Origin: an uncultured Halobacteriales archaeon
GTDB lineage: Archaea; Halobacteriota; Halobacteria; Halobacteriales; Haloarculaceae
Length of the DNA stretch: 64,000 bases
Direction of reading: 5' to 3'
Assembly: GCA_964520075.1 (NCBI GenBank)
Contig: CAZFMN010000002.1
Coordinates: 7,253-71,252 of the forward strand
Shown in pieces: positions 1-10,393 of the stretch. The stretch's first letter is position 1. Each line of letters starts with the position of its first letter. A model generated the notes under the pieces. The model was not told where the DNA came from and did not search any database. It worked only from the letters and a program-made list of their open reading frames with translations. Both the position numbers and the translations under genes were made by a program.

Positions 1-11
1 GGTCTCCTGAG

Positions 12-1289
12 ATGGAGCACAACGGCTACATCACCGAGACCGAGATCGGGGGCACGGCCGACGGTCCCCTGGCGGGCCGGACAGTCGCGGTGAAGGACAA
101 CCTCTCGACGGAGGGGGTCCGGACGACGTGCGGGTCGGCGATGCTCGCCGAGTACGTCCCGCCGTTCGACGCGACGGTAATCGAGCGCCTGAAAGACGCC
201 GGCGCGACCATCCCCGGCAAGACGAACATGGACGAGTTCGGGATGGGAACGACGACAGAGACGTCGGCGTTCGGGCCGGTCGAGAACCCCGCCGCGCCGG
301 GACACGTCCCGGGTGGCTCCTCGGGCGGGTCGGCGGCGGTCGTCGCGGCGGGTGACGCCGACCTCGCGCTGGGCACCGACACCGGCGGGTCGGTCCGGTG
401 TCCCGCCGCCTTCTGTGGTGTCGTCGGCATCAAACCGACCTACGGGCTGGTCTCCCGGTACGGGCTGGTCGCGTACGCGAACAGTCTGGAGCAGGTCGGC
501 CCCATCGCACCCACCGTCGCGGAGGCCGCCGAACTGCTCGAGGTGATCGCCGGCCCGGACAGCCGCGACGCGACGACCCGCGACGCGACCGACCACGGCA
601 CCGACTACGAGTTCGCGGCCGCCGCCGACGGCGACGTCGACGGGCTCTCTATCGGTGTGCCGACAGAGCTCGTCGAGGGGGCCGAGGAGGGTGTCCGCGA
701 GCAGTTCTGGGCCGCCATCGACGACCTGGAGGCCGCCGGCGCGACCCACGAGGCGGTGAGCCTGCCGAGTGTCGAGCACGCGGTCGAGGCGTACTACGTT
801 ATCGCGATGGGCGAGGCCTCCTCGAACCTGGCCCGCTACGACGGGGTCCGGTACGGTGTCTCCGGGGGGTACGAGGGTGACTGGAACGAGAGCTTCGCCC
901 GCTCCCGCGAGGAGGGGTTCGGCGAGGAGGTCAAACGCCGGGTCCTGCTCGGCACCTACGCCCTCTCGGCGGGCTATCAGGAGAAGTACTACGAGAAGGC
1001 ACAGGACGCCCGCGCCTGGGTCCAGCAGGACTTCGACGCGGCCTTCGAGACGGTGGATGTGCTCGCCTCGCCGACGATGCCGGTGACACCGTTCGAACTC
1101 GGGGAGAGTCTGGACGACCCGCTGAAGATGTACCTCGCCGACGCGAACACCACGCCGGTCAATCTGGCCAACCTCCCCGCTATCTCGGTCCCCGTCGGCG
1201 AGACAGACGGTCTGCCCGTCGGGATGCAGCTCGTCGGCCCCGCGTTCGGCGAGAAGACGGTCATCCGCGCCGGCAGTGCACTCGCCTGA
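12..1289 (+). CDS. gatA: Asp-tRNA(Asn)/Glu-tRNA(Gln) amidotransferase subunit A
   Basis: Amidase signature (VAVKDN, GKTNMDEFGMG, GGSSGGS, GTDTGGSVRCPAA) plus EASSNLARYDGVRYG and EVKRRVLLGTYALS. The first 10 nt (GTC TCC TGA) may be the end of gatC. Confidence 0.95.
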   Translation: MEHNGYITETEIGGTADGPLAGRTVAVKDNLSTEGVRTTCGSAMLAEYVPPFDATVIERLKDAGATIPGKTNMDEFGMGTTTETSAFGPVENPAAPGHVPGGSSGGSAAVVAAGDADLALGTDTGGSVRCPAAFCGVVGIKPTYGLVSRYGLVAYANSLEQVGPIAPTVAEAAELLEVIAGPDSRDATTRDATDHGTDYEFAAAADGDVDGLSIGVPTELVEGAEEGVREQFWAAIDDLEAAGATHEAVSLPSVEHAVEAYYVIAMGEASSNLARYDGVRYGVSGGYEGDWNESFARSREEGFGEEVKRRVLLGTYALSAGYQEKYYEKAQDARAWVQQDFDAAFETVDVLASPTMPVTPFELGESLDDPLKMYLADANTTPVNLANLPAISVPVGETDGLPVGMQLVGPAFGEKTVIRAGSALA

Positions 1290-1346
1290 CTGTCCCGCTG
1301 TCCGTGGGTGAACGGCTCGCGGTCGAGTATCGTCCGCTGTGACAGG

Positions 1347-4300
1347 TCACCGCAGGAAGCCGTCGGTGGCCTGTCTGAGACTGCCGAGCAGGCCGCCGGA
1401 CCCCTCGCCCTGGAGGAGGCCGAGCAGCCCCGAGAACGCCGCCTGTTCGAGCTCGTCGAGCGAGGGGTCGTCGAGCGGGCGGTCGATGTCGGCACGGAGC
1501 TGGTCGGGTGTGGCGCGTGTCCGGCCCCGGTGGAGCTGCTCGAACACGGCGCTCGCGGGCTCGGAGAGCCGTCCGCTGTGTGTCTCCACCGCGGTCAGCA
1601 CGTTCTCGCGGTCGAGCGAGCCGTCGACATCGAGCGCCGCCTGCAGACCGACGTGTGCGACACCGGCCGCGAGCACGACCCGGTAGACGCGGGCGTTCGG
1701 GTCGAACTGGTCGCGGCGCCAGACGTCCGCGAGCAGTGTGAGCGCTGTCTGTGGCTCGCGTTCGACGAGATACCGGAGCCCGTACACGTACAGCTGTGCG
1801 GTTGCTTTCCCGGAGTCGCGCACCCGCGCGGCCCGGACACCGAACGTGCGGCGGTAGTCGTTCAGCTGTTCGACCTCGGTGTCGGGGCGGGCGGCGCTGG
1901 GTTTCTCGCGTGCGAGCTCCTTCAGCAGGCTGGTGGCGCGCTCGCAGGCATCGAGTGCGGTCTGGTCGCGGTCGTGTCGCCGTGCGGCGGCGGAGAGGCC
2001 GTCGAGCGCGTCGAGCACCGCCCAGCGGTCCCCGAGCGCGTCGAACCCGTCGACCGCCGCCCGGTAGTGGGTCAGCGCCGTCGCCGTGTTCTTGCGTTTC
2101 CGGGCGACCGCGCCGAGCGCCCGCTGTGTCGCGGCCACCTCGGCCCGCTCGTCGAGCGCCTGCCACCGGTCGAGCGCGGCCTGGTAGCGCTCCCGGGCAC
2201 GCCGGTAGTCCCCCGTCCGGCGCGCGAGTTCGCCGAGGCGGTCGAGCGCCTCCGCGGCTGTCTCGCTGTCCTCACGGTCACGTGAGTGTTCGAGCGCCTC
2301 CCGGTAGTGATCCCGGGCGCTGTCGAGTGCGCCGGTCGCGGTGGCGGCGGCCCCCAGCCCCCTGAGCGCCCGGGCCGCTCCGGCCGTGTCCTCGAGGTCC
2401 CGGTACAGCTCCAGCGCCTCCTCGTGGTACTCGCGGGCCGGCTCCGGGCGGTCGAGTTCGAGCGCGAGCGCGCCGAGACTCGTCAGGCTCTCCGCCTCGC
2501 CGGCCCGGTCGCCCAGCTCCCGGCGGCGGTCGAGTGCCTGCTCGTGGCGCTCCCGGGCCCGGGAGTGGTCGCCGTCCGCGCTCGCGGCGCTCCCGAGTTG
2601 TTCGAGCATCGCGGCCTCGCCGGCCCGGTCACCCAGGTCGCGGTAGCGGTCGAGGGCCTTCCGGCGGTATGCCCGGGCCTGTCCGGGCACGCCCTCGGCG
2701 ACGGCAATCTGTCCGAGCGTCCCGAACGTCGCCGCCTCGCCGGCCAGGTGACCGGTCTCCTGGTAGATATCGAGCGCCTCCCCACAGCGGGAGTGTGCCC
2801 GGTCTGGCCGGTCGGCCGCCAGCGCGACGCGTCCGAGTCCGCGGAGCGCGTCCGCCTCGCCGTCGCGGTCCCCCCGGTCGCGGTGAATCTCGAGCGCCTC
2901 CTGGTAGTGGTCACGAGCCCGGTCGGGGGTGTCCTCGGCCAGTGCGACCTGACCGAGCGCGTCGAGCGCCGCCGCACGGCCGGCCGGGTCCCCGAGTTCC
3001 TCCCGGATGTCGAGCGCCTGCTGTGAGCGCTCGCGGGCCCGCTCGTGGTCGTCGGCGGCGAGCGCGACCCGGCAGAGCCGGACGAGACTCTCCGCCTCGG
3101 CCGCCCTGTCGTCGCGTGCCCGGCGGATGTCGAGACACCGCTCGTGGTACTCCCGGGCGCGCTCCAGGGCCCCCTCCTCGCGGGCGAGCTGTCCGAGCTG
3201 TGCGAGCACCCTGGCCTCGTCTGCCCGGTCCCCCTGCTGTCTGTAGCGCTCGAGCGCCCGCTCGTAGTGCTCCCCGGCCGACTCCAGGTCGCCACGCTCG
3301 AGCGCGAGCGCACCGAGTCTGTCGAGCACCGACGCCTCGCCGGTCTGGTCGCCCAGGTCGCGGTAACACTCCAGTGCCGCCCCGTACTGTTCGCGGGCCG
3401 TCCCGCGGTCGGTACGCTCGGCGGCGACGGTCCCCAGCCGCTCGTGGTTCGTCGCAATCTTCTCGCGGTCGGACAGGTCGCGGCGGATCTCGAGTGCCTC
3501 CTCGTGGCACTCCCCGGCGCGGTCGAGGTCGTCACGTTCGAGCGCGACCTGTCCGAGCCGCTCGAGACTCCGCGCCACACCCGCACGGTCGTCCAGGTCG
3601 CGGTAGAGCGACAGCGCCTCGGACTGGTACTCCCGGAGCCTGTCGGACGCACCGGTCTCGAGGGCCGCCTCGCCCAGTCGGTCGAGGCTGTCTGCCTCGC
3701 CGGCGCGGTCCCCGAGCTCGTGGTACAGCTCCCGCGCCTGTCGGGCGTGCTCACCGGCCGTCTCGAACTCGCCGGCCGCCAGCGCGGCCGCGGCCAGCCT
3801 GTCGAGACTCGCTGCCTCGCCGGCCCGGTCGCCACGGTCCCGGTGAATCTCGAGTGCCGCCGCGTGGTGTTCCCGGGCTGTCTCGTGGTCACCGGTCGCG
3901 GCGGCCAGTTCACCCAAGCGGGTGAGCGAGTCGGCCTCGCCGGCCCGGTCGCCACACCCCCGGCGGCGTTCGAGCGCCTGCTCGTGGCGCTCGCGGGCCG
4001 TCTCGCGGTCACCGGTCGCGGCGGCCAGCTCACCTAGGCGGGCGAGCGAGTCGGCCTCGCCGGCCTCGTCGTCCAGGTCGCGGTGACCCGCCAGCGCCGC
4101 CTCGTGGTGCTCGCGGGCCGACTCCAGGTCACCCTCCTCGCGGGCGAGCGAGCCCAGGCGGTCGAGCGTGCCGGCCGCCGCGGCCTCGTCGCCCAACTCG
4201 CGGTGACCCGCCAGCGCCGCCTCGTAGCGCTCGCGGGCCGCCTCGGGTCGCCCCTCGGCGGCGGCGACGCGTCCGAGTTCGTCGAGCGTGTCGGCCACTG

Positions 4301-6593
4301 CCGCCTCGTCGTCCAGGTCGCGGTGACCCGCCAGCGCCGCCTCGTGGTGCTCGCGGGCCGACTCCAGGTCACCCTCCTCGCGGGCGAGCGAGCCCAGGCG
4401 GTCCAGAACCCTCGCCTCGGCCGGTCGGTCACCGAGGTCGCGGTAGACCTCGCGTGCGGCCTGGTAGCGCTCACGCGCCCGTTCGAGCGCCCCCTCGCGA
4501 GCGGCGACCCCGCCGAGGCGGTCGAGCACACCGGCCGTGTCGGCGGTGCGGTCGAGGTCCCGGTAGATGGACAGCGCGCGTTCGAGGTACTCGCGGGCCC
4601 GGTCGAGTCGACGTTCGGCCGCGGCGACGCGCCCGAGTCCGTCGAGGCTGTCGGCCTCGCCGACCCGGTCACCGAGCCGCCGGTGCAGTTCGAGACACCG
4701 CTCGTGGTACTCCCGGGCGCGGTCGAACGAGCCGTGCTCGCGGGCCACTGCGCCGAGACCGGCGAGCGCCGACGCCTCCCCTGCCCGGTCACCGAGGCCG
4801 CGGTAGGCCTCGCGTGCGGCCTCGTAGTGGTCGCGGGCCCGGTCGAACGACTCCGACTCCCGGGCGAGCCCCCCGAGTTCGAGGAGAGCCGCCGCCTCAC
4901 CGGCCCGGTCACCCAGGCGCTGTCGGATCGAGAGCACCGTCTCCTGGTGGGTGCGGGCCCGCTCGAGTGCCCCCTGCCGGCGTGCCGTCTCGCCGAGTCG
5001 AGCGAGCGTCGCGGCCTCGCCGAGTCGACTGTCGCGCGACCGGCAGACCTCGAGCGCGCGCTCGTGGTGGTCACGGGCGTGCCCGGGGTCACCGCTCGAC
5101 AGCGCGAGCCGCCCCTGCCAACTCGCACGCTCTGCCGTGTCGGCCTCGTCGGTCAGCTCCGTCGAGAGCTCCGCCGTGGCCTGCTCGGTGGCCCCGGTGG
5201 CGGCCGCCATCGCGGCCCGCCAGACCGGCGCCCGTGCACGGATGGCCGGCGAGCAGTACCGCTCGATGTCGAGCCCCGAGTACGCGCTCGTGCCGAACAG
5301 CGGGTACAGCGACGGACAGCCCCGACCCATCCCGAACAGCGCCGCGACGAGCGTGTTCGCCAGCCGTGTCCCGTCGTCTGTCACTGGTATCGTCTCCGTC
5401 TCGAGATGCTCGCCGACCCGTCTCCGCCGGCTGTCACCGGCGAGCAGACCGAGCACCGCGTTGATACCGCGCTCGAACTGCGTGCGGGTCTGACGCGTCC
5501 CCGCCCGTGCGAGGTGTCTGTCGAGATACAGCTCGGACCAGCGGCGGTGACGCGTCGCCGGCACGGGCGTCGTGTCGAAGAGCACGCGACCGTCCAGCGC
5601 GTCCAGCAGCGACTCGATGCGCTCGTGGTCGGCGGGTCGACTCGCGAGCGCGTGGAGAAACTCCCGTCGGACACCAATGCCCGCCGCGCTGAGCACGTTC
5701 GTCAGCACGCCGAGTTCGGCGAGCAGTGTCCGGTCGTCGCGTGACTCCGCCGGAATCTCTGTCTCGTCCGGGTCGAGCACCGCGTCGACGGCCGCGTCCG
5801 CGCTGGCCCGGAGCGCAGACTCGCCGTCGGTCTCCCCCTCGAGCAGTTCGTAGACCAGCCCCAGCGCCGACCGCCCGGACTCGCCGGTGCGAACCCGCCG
5901 GAGCAGCGTCGTGTCGTCGGACGATACCGTCCGGTCTGTCGCGCTCTCGACCTGCTCGCGGAGACGCTCCACCTCGCGCTCGTCTAACCCCGGCATCCGG
6001 TGGCGGGTCGGCTGGCTCCCGAGTGTCGACAGCCGGCGGACCCGCTCTGCTGTCTGCTCGTCGTGGCCGTAGGCGTGCTCGCGCAGACGCTCCCACTCGC
6101 CGGTCCGCGAGGTGAGCAACACGCTGACCCGCTCGTCACCTTCGAAGGCATCCATCGCGTCCACCACGCCGAGTCCACCGCGTCGCGCCGCGTCCTCGAC
6201 GACCACCAGCACGGGCCCCTCGTCGTGGAGGTCGGCGAGCGCGTCGACGAGGGCGTCACCGTCGAGCGGGTGTGTCACATCCCCCGACCGGTACAGGACC
6301 GGTCCGTGCTCGGCGACCCACCCGGACGCGACCTGTCGGGCGGTGGTCGTCTTTCCGGAGCCCGGTGGCCCGAGCAACAGCGCCGTCCCACCGCCGGTGA
6401 GCGTGCTCCGGAGCCTGTCGGTCACCCGTGGTCGCGACACGTCGGGGTACTCCCGGGCCACCGGGAGCCCCTCGCTGACCTCGGCGAAGGTAAACGGTCG
6501 GTACCAGCATCTGGCCGGGTCGACCACCCCGCTATCGAGTCGACTCCGGGTGAGTCTGTCGAACCCGTGCCCGGCGACCCCTGCCTGCGCCAT
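1347..6593 (-). CDS. Large P-loop NTPase + tetratricopeptide repeat protein (STAND/NLR-like layout), ~1748 aa
   Basis: Walker A GPPGSGKT, Walker B VLVVVED, ~26-27 40-aa TPR-like repeats. Start placed at ATG 6593 (TTATTA box ~25-30 bp upstream) rather than GTG 6779. Confidence 0.85.
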   Translation of the reverse strand: MAQAGVAGHGFDRLTRSRLDSGVVDPARCWYRPFTFAEVSEGLPVAREYPDVSRPRVTDRLRSTLTGGGTALLLGPPGSGKTTTARQVASGWVAEHGPVLYRSGDVTHPLDGDALVDALADLHDEGPVLVVVEDAARRGGLGVVDAMDAFEGDERVSVLLTSRTGEWERLREHAYGHDEQTAERVRRLSTLGSQPTRHRMPGLDEREVERLREQVESATDRTVSSDDTTLLRRVRTGESGRSALGLVYELLEGETDGESALRASADAAVDAVLDPDETEIPAESRDDRTLLAELGVLTNVLSAAGIGVRREFLHALASRPADHERIESLLDALDGRVLFDTTPVPATRHRRWSELYLDRHLARAGTRQTRTQFERGINAVLGLLAGDSRRRRVGEHLETETIPVTDDGTRLANTLVAALFGMGRGCPSLYPLFGTSAYSGLDIERYCSPAIRARAPVWRAAMAAATGATEQATAELSTELTDEADTAERASWQGRLALSSGDPGHARDHHERALEVCRSRDSRLGEAATLARLGETARRQGALERARTHQETVLSIRQRLGDRAGEAAALLELGGLARESESFDRARDHYEAAREAYRGLGDRAGEASALAGLGAVAREHGSFDRAREYHERCLELHRRLGDRVGEADSLDGLGRVAAAERRLDRAREYLERALSIYRDLDRTADTAGVLDRLGGVAAREGALERARERYQAAREVYRDLGDRPAEARVLDRLGSLAREEGDLESAREHHEAALAGHRDLDDEAAVADTLDELGRVAAAEGRPEAARERYEAALAGHRELGDEAAAAGTLDRLGSLAREEGDLESAREHHEAALAGHRDLDDEAGEADSLARLGELAAATGDRETARERHEQALERRRGCGDRAGEADSLTRLGELAAATGDHETAREHHAAALEIHRDRGDRAGEAASLDRLAAAALAAGEFETAGEHARQARELYHELGDRAGEADSLDRLGEAALETGASDRLREYQSEALSLYRDLDDRAGVARSLERLGQVALERDDLDRAGECHEEALEIRRDLSDREKIATNHERLGTVAAERTDRGTAREQYGAALECYRDLGDQTGEASVLDRLGALALERGDLESAGEHYERALERYRQQGDRADEARVLAQLGQLAREEGALERAREYHERCLDIRRARDDRAAEAESLVRLCRVALAADDHERARERSQQALDIREELGDPAGRAAALDALGQVALAEDTPDRARDHYQEALEIHRDRGDRDGEADALRGLGRVALAADRPDRAHSRCGEALDIYQETGHLAGEAATFGTLGQIAVAEGVPGQARAYRRKALDRYRDLGDRAGEAAMLEQLGSAASADGDHSRARERHEQALDRRRELGDRAGEAESLTSLGALALELDRPEPAREYHEEALELYRDLEDTAGAARALRGLGAAATATGALDSARDHYREALEHSRDREDSETAAEALDRLGELARRTGDYRRARERYQAALDRWQALDERAEVAATQRALGAVARKRKNTATALTHYRAAVDGFDALGDRWAVLDALDGLSAAARRHDRDQTALDACERATSLLKELAREKPSAARPDTEVEQLNDYRRTFGVRAARVRDSGKATAQLYVYGLRYLVEREPQTALTLLADVWRRDQFDPNARVYRVVLAAGVAHVGLQAALDVDGSLDRENVLTAVETHSGRLSEPASAVFEQLHRGRTRATPDQLRADIDRPLDDPSLDELEQAAFSGLLGLLQGEGSGGLLGSLRQATDGFLR
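1925..5133 (-). repeat. 120-bp-period coding repeat array (40-aa TPR units)
   Basis: Recurring GDRAGEA..L..LG..A...G....AREH.E.AL unit; 4063-4163 is identical to 4303-4403. Boundaries approximate. Confidence 0.85.
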
Positions 6594-6922
6594 GTTGAAT
6601 CCGTTCGTTAGCTCACATAATAACGCTTCCGCCACCGGAGCCCCTGCTGTACCGGCGCTTCTGTGCACCGACCCCCTCTCCGGACCCCGCGCCTCTATCA
6701 GTGCTGATACGCCGGGTTGTCTCAACTGTTCCGACAGCTCTGTCGGTACAGCGGACCTATTAGAATCGAGAACAGGCACAGATGTCCGGGTCTCCGGATA
6801 TCTCCTTCGTGGATATCAACCGCAGGCGGCGCTGTGCTGCCGTCTCGGCCGGTATCGGGGACAGTGTGTTAACGACTCTCAGAGTAGTGTTATAACCCTC
6901 CGGCCTATATTCGTATGTGACC

Positions 6923-7162
6923 ATGAAAAAGCAGGAACTCATCCACCTTCACGGCCTGCTTGCACAGGTGCAGAATCACTACGAGGAGGAGACCGGAGAG
7001 ACGGTCGACCACGACCGGTACACCTCGCTCGGCGTACAACCAACATCGATTCACAAGTCCAAGACCGACCACAAGGACGCCGTTTTCGCGCTCGCTAACG
7101 GTATCACCTCGGAGATGTCCGAGACAGAGGAGACCGAACCGGTCCCGACCGCCGCGGACTGA
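6923..7162 (+). CDS. UPF0058 family protein
   Basis: MKKQELIHLH...PTSIHKSKTDHKDAVFALA pattern; TTATAA at 6890-6895. Confidence 0.85.
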   Translation: MKKQELIHLHGLLAQVQNHYEEETGETVDHDRYTSLGVQPTSIHKSKTDHKDAVFALANGITSEMSETEETEPVPTAAD

Positions 7163-7379
7163 GGGAGTGTTCTTCCCGGTACACCAGACCCTGTTCAGCG
7201 ACAGCGGTATCGATACCAGTCCAGGGCCACCGGACCGGACACGCGCCCCGGGCCGGCACGGTCTGTGTTGTTGTCCGCGCTGCCCGACTGTTCGCCCCGG
7301 AGGGTTGTTTCGCTGGTGGGCAACAGAACCGGTCGGTCGGTTCGCTGGTGGGAAGTACCCGGGGCGCGTACACACGGCC

Positions 7380-8549
7380 ATGGAGTTTCCAGCACCGCCA
7401 GAGGAGGTCGACACGGTCAGGCCCTCCAAGTTGCGACGACGCATCGACAACGGGGAGCAGGTGACACTGCTCGATACCCGTCTGCCGGAGGCCCACGAGG
7501 CCTGGCAGATCAGCGGCGACACCGTCGAGACGCTGAACGCCCCGTACCCGGCGTTCCAGGGGGCCGAGGTGGACAGCGACGTTCTCGACGGGATTCCGTC
7601 CGACCGTCTCGTCACGGCGGTCTGTGCAATCGGCAAGTCGAGCGAGTACGTCGCGGGTGTGCTGGCGGAGCGTGGCTACGAGGTGGAGCATCTCGCCGAC
7701 GGGATGGAGGGCTGGGCGCGTGTCTACGATGCCGTCGAGGTGAGTCGCTACGACGGGCCGGGCAGGGTCTGGCAGTACGTCCGCCCGTCGAGTGGCTGTC
7801 TCGGGTACCTGATTGTCGACGAGGGGGAGGCAGCCGTGGTCGACCCGCTCCGGGCGTTCGCCACGCGGTACCTGACCGACGCCGGCGAGCGCGGTGCGGA
7901 GCTGAAATACGCGGTCGACACACACGTCCACGCCGACCACGTCTCCGGGGTGCGTCGACTGGTTGCGGACGGTGTCGAGGGTGTGATGCCGGCACCCGCG
8001 ACGGACCGCGGCCTCGTCGACCCGGCGGAACTGCGACTGCTCTCTGACGGTGACACGCTCCGGGTCGGTCGCGTCCCGGTCGAGGCCGTCCACGCACCCG
8101 GGCACACCTCCGGTATGACAGCACTCCGGGTCGGGGAGCACCTGCTCCTGACCGGAGACGGACTGTTCATCGAGAGTGTCGCGCGGCCGGATCTCGAGGC
8201 CGGACAGGAGACCGTGAGTGCCGCTCGCCGACTCCACGCCTCGCTCCGTGACCTGCTCGCGCTCCCCGACGAGACGCTCGTCTGCCCGGGTCACCGCGGC
8301 GAGACGACCGACCCCGCGCCCGACGGCACGTACACCGCCCATCTCGGTGAACTCCGCGGCCGCGAGGTGCTCTCGCTCTCCCGCGAGGCGTTCGTCGAGA
8401 CACTCCACGGAGACGTGCCACCACGACCCGCCAACCACGAGGACATCGTGGCGACCAACCTCGGCCAGCGACACCCCGACGACGACGAGGCGTTCGAACT
8501 CGAACTCGGACCGAACAACTGTGCCGCGACCCCGTCCGACGCCGACTGA
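7380..8549 (+). CDS. Rhodanese domain + MBL-fold metallo-hydrolase (persulfide dioxygenase-like)
   Basis: Rhodanese loop VCAIGKSS; MBL motifs DTHVHADH, HAPGHT, TGD, PGH; C-terminal ELGPNNC. Start at ATG 7380. Confidence 0.88.
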   Translation: MEFPAPPEEVDTVRPSKLRRRIDNGEQVTLLDTRLPEAHEAWQISGDTVETLNAPYPAFQGAEVDSDVLDGIPSDRLVTAVCAIGKSSEYVAGVLAERGYEVEHLADGMEGWARVYDAVEVSRYDGPGRVWQYVRPSSGCLGYLIVDEGEAAVVDPLRAFATRYLTDAGERGAELKYAVDTHVHADHVSGVRRLVADGVEGVMPAPATDRGLVDPAELRLLSDGDTLRVGRVPVEAVHAPGHTSGMTALRVGEHLLLTGDGLFIESVARPDLEAGQETVSAARRLHASLRDLLALPDETLVCPGHRGETTDPAPDGTYTAHLGELRGREVLSLSREAFVETLHGDVPPRPANHEDIVATNLGQRHPDDDEAFELELGPNNCAATPSDAD

Positions 8550-8910
8550 CACTGCACCGGAGCTCTCCTGTATACATCCCAGTACACAGACACGCACGAG
8601 CAAGTCCACCCGGGTCGACGAGGACACCGACGCCACCGAGCGGGCACGCGAGGCCCGAACGGAGATGAAACGTGGCGTCGGGGAGACCGAGCACGTGCCC
8701 GCATACCCGCCTCCATCCGGGAGACGCAGGTTCGACTGTGTCCCTGTCCTCGTGGTGCTCACGAGCATCGTAGCGCTGTCGGCCCGCGGGATGGACCAGA
8801 ACCCACAGGTCAAAGTACCTGCAGGACAGAATATACGGGCGAATGCAGTCTCATCGGGGCACCCGTCACGAACCGACGTTCGCGGTCGCCACCGCTGGCG
8901 GGGGGTGGAG

Positions 8911-10107
8911 ATGAGTCCACGCTCCGGCACGGACCCGTCAGTCGACAGGCGGCCGGTCGCTGTCTGTCTGCTCTGTGTCGTCGCCGTGCTGGCCGGGTGC
9001 ACGGCGACGCTCGGCGACAACGAGGAGCTTCCCGACAGCGAGGACATCGAGGAGACCTACACCTCACTCGACGCCTACAGCGCCACCTTCGTGTTCACCT
9101 CCTCGGGCGAAACGGCCGGGAATCCCGGGCGGACCGGTCCAGACCGCGTCGAGGGTGAACTCATCGTTCGCCCCGGAACGGGAGAGGCGTACCGGGAACA
9201 GGAGCTCGGAGATGGCTCGAACCGTCAGGTTATCGTGTCGAACGGAACTGTCAGCTGGGTCTACAACGAGAGCGCAAACCGGGTACGGAGACTCGAAACC
9301 GCGCGGACCGACAGCCAGCGTCGACAGCTCCGCCAGATTGTCACCCGCATCACTCGCAACGAGACTGAGAGCGACTCACCGCTTCCGATTGTTCCGATCG
9401 GGGTGGGTGGCGGGCTCGACAGCACCAGCTCGGGGTCGACCGGCGGTCTCGACGTCTCGACTGTCGCAACGTACGAGGGCACCGAGACGGTCGGCGGTCG
9501 GGAGACACACGTGCTCGCTGTCGAGTCGACGAACGAGTCGGCGGTGCGCGGCCGCTGGACGTACTATCTCGATACCGAGTGGTACGTCCTCCTCCGGTCG
9601 ACGAGCAACGTGACCGTCGACGGCAAACAGACACAGACATCGTTCAGACTGCGGAACGTCACGTTCGACCCCGACGTTCCGGCAGACCGGTTCGAGTTCA
9701 CGCCGCCGGAGAACGCGACCGTCGTCGACCGCGAGCGCAACACCGAGCGCTACCAGAGTCGCGAGCAGCTGGCGGAGGTAACAGACCTGCAGGTTCCCGA
9801 CCCCGACGTGCCGGCGCGGTTCGAGTTCGACGAGGCCCGCCGGTCTCTGTTCCGCTCTGTCGAGAGTATCTCGCTCCGGTACACGAGCGATGTCGCCACG
9901 CTCGTGGTGTCGAGACAGAACGTCACCGTCGATAGACCGTCCAGCGACCGTGGACAGGAGCTGCAGGTCGGTGAGCGAACCGGGGTGTATCAGCAGTTCC
10001 CGAGACAGAACCGGCTCCGCTGGGGGTGTTCGGGGACCACACAGTTCGTCATCGGGTTGCTACCCCGCGAGACGATGGTCGATATCGCCGAGTCTATCGA
10101 CTGCTGA
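8911..10107 (+). CDS. Lipoprotein, LolA-like/DUF2092-type fold
   Basis: Signal peptide with lipobox LAGC; VIVSNGTVSWVYN and FEFTPPENATVV motifs; many N-x-S/T sequons. Confidence 0.7.
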   Translation: MSPRSGTDPSVDRRPVAVCLLCVVAVLAGCTATLGDNEELPDSEDIEETYTSLDAYSATFVFTSSGETAGNPGRTGPDRVEGELIVRPGTGEAYREQELGDGSNRQVIVSNGTVSWVYNESANRVRRLETARTDSQRRQLRQIVTRITRNETESDSPLPIVPIGVGGGLDSTSSGSTGGLDVSTVATYEGTETVGGRETHVLAVESTNESAVRGRWTYYLDTEWYVLLRSTSNVTVDGKQTQTSFRLRNVTFDPDVPADRFEFTPPENATVVDRERNTERYQSREQLAEVTDLQVPDPDVPARFEFDEARRSLFRSVESISLRYTSDVATLVVSRQNVTVDRPSSDRGQELQVGERTGVYQQFPRQNRLRWGCSGTTQFVIGLLPRETMVDIAESIDC

Positions 10108-10393
10108 CACTGGCGGGCGGAAGTTCCACGAGTTCTTGTCCGTCAGTATGACCGACGAACGGGGGAGTCCACACACATAAGAGTCTGCCAGCCCCAGCAC
10201 AGGTATCGGTGACCTCGCACACACGCGCAGACGGTGCAGGGGGACGCCCGCGGAGAGCCGACGCCGGCCGGTTGCTCCTGTGCGTGGAGCCGTGCGAGCG
10301 TGCCCCAGACGGTAGGCTCGTGCGGGCGGACCGGAGGTGTGTCACACCGGGGGCTCCGATGGTCGGCGAGCACGGCAGGGGATGTGAGAGCAG

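Noticed and set aside
1925-5133. Regular repeats as a CRISPR array
   Set aside because: In-frame degenerate coding repeats of 120 nt; no unique spacers or cas genes.
8218-8910. In-frame upstream extension of the lipoprotein ORF
   Set aside because: Overlaps the MBL gene, has low-complexity composition, and would bury the signal peptide.
10148-10180. 10-codon ORF MTDERGSPHT sharing its first 11 nt with the next gene
   Set aside because: ATGACCGACGA is a very common haloarchaeal start sequence; too short to support.
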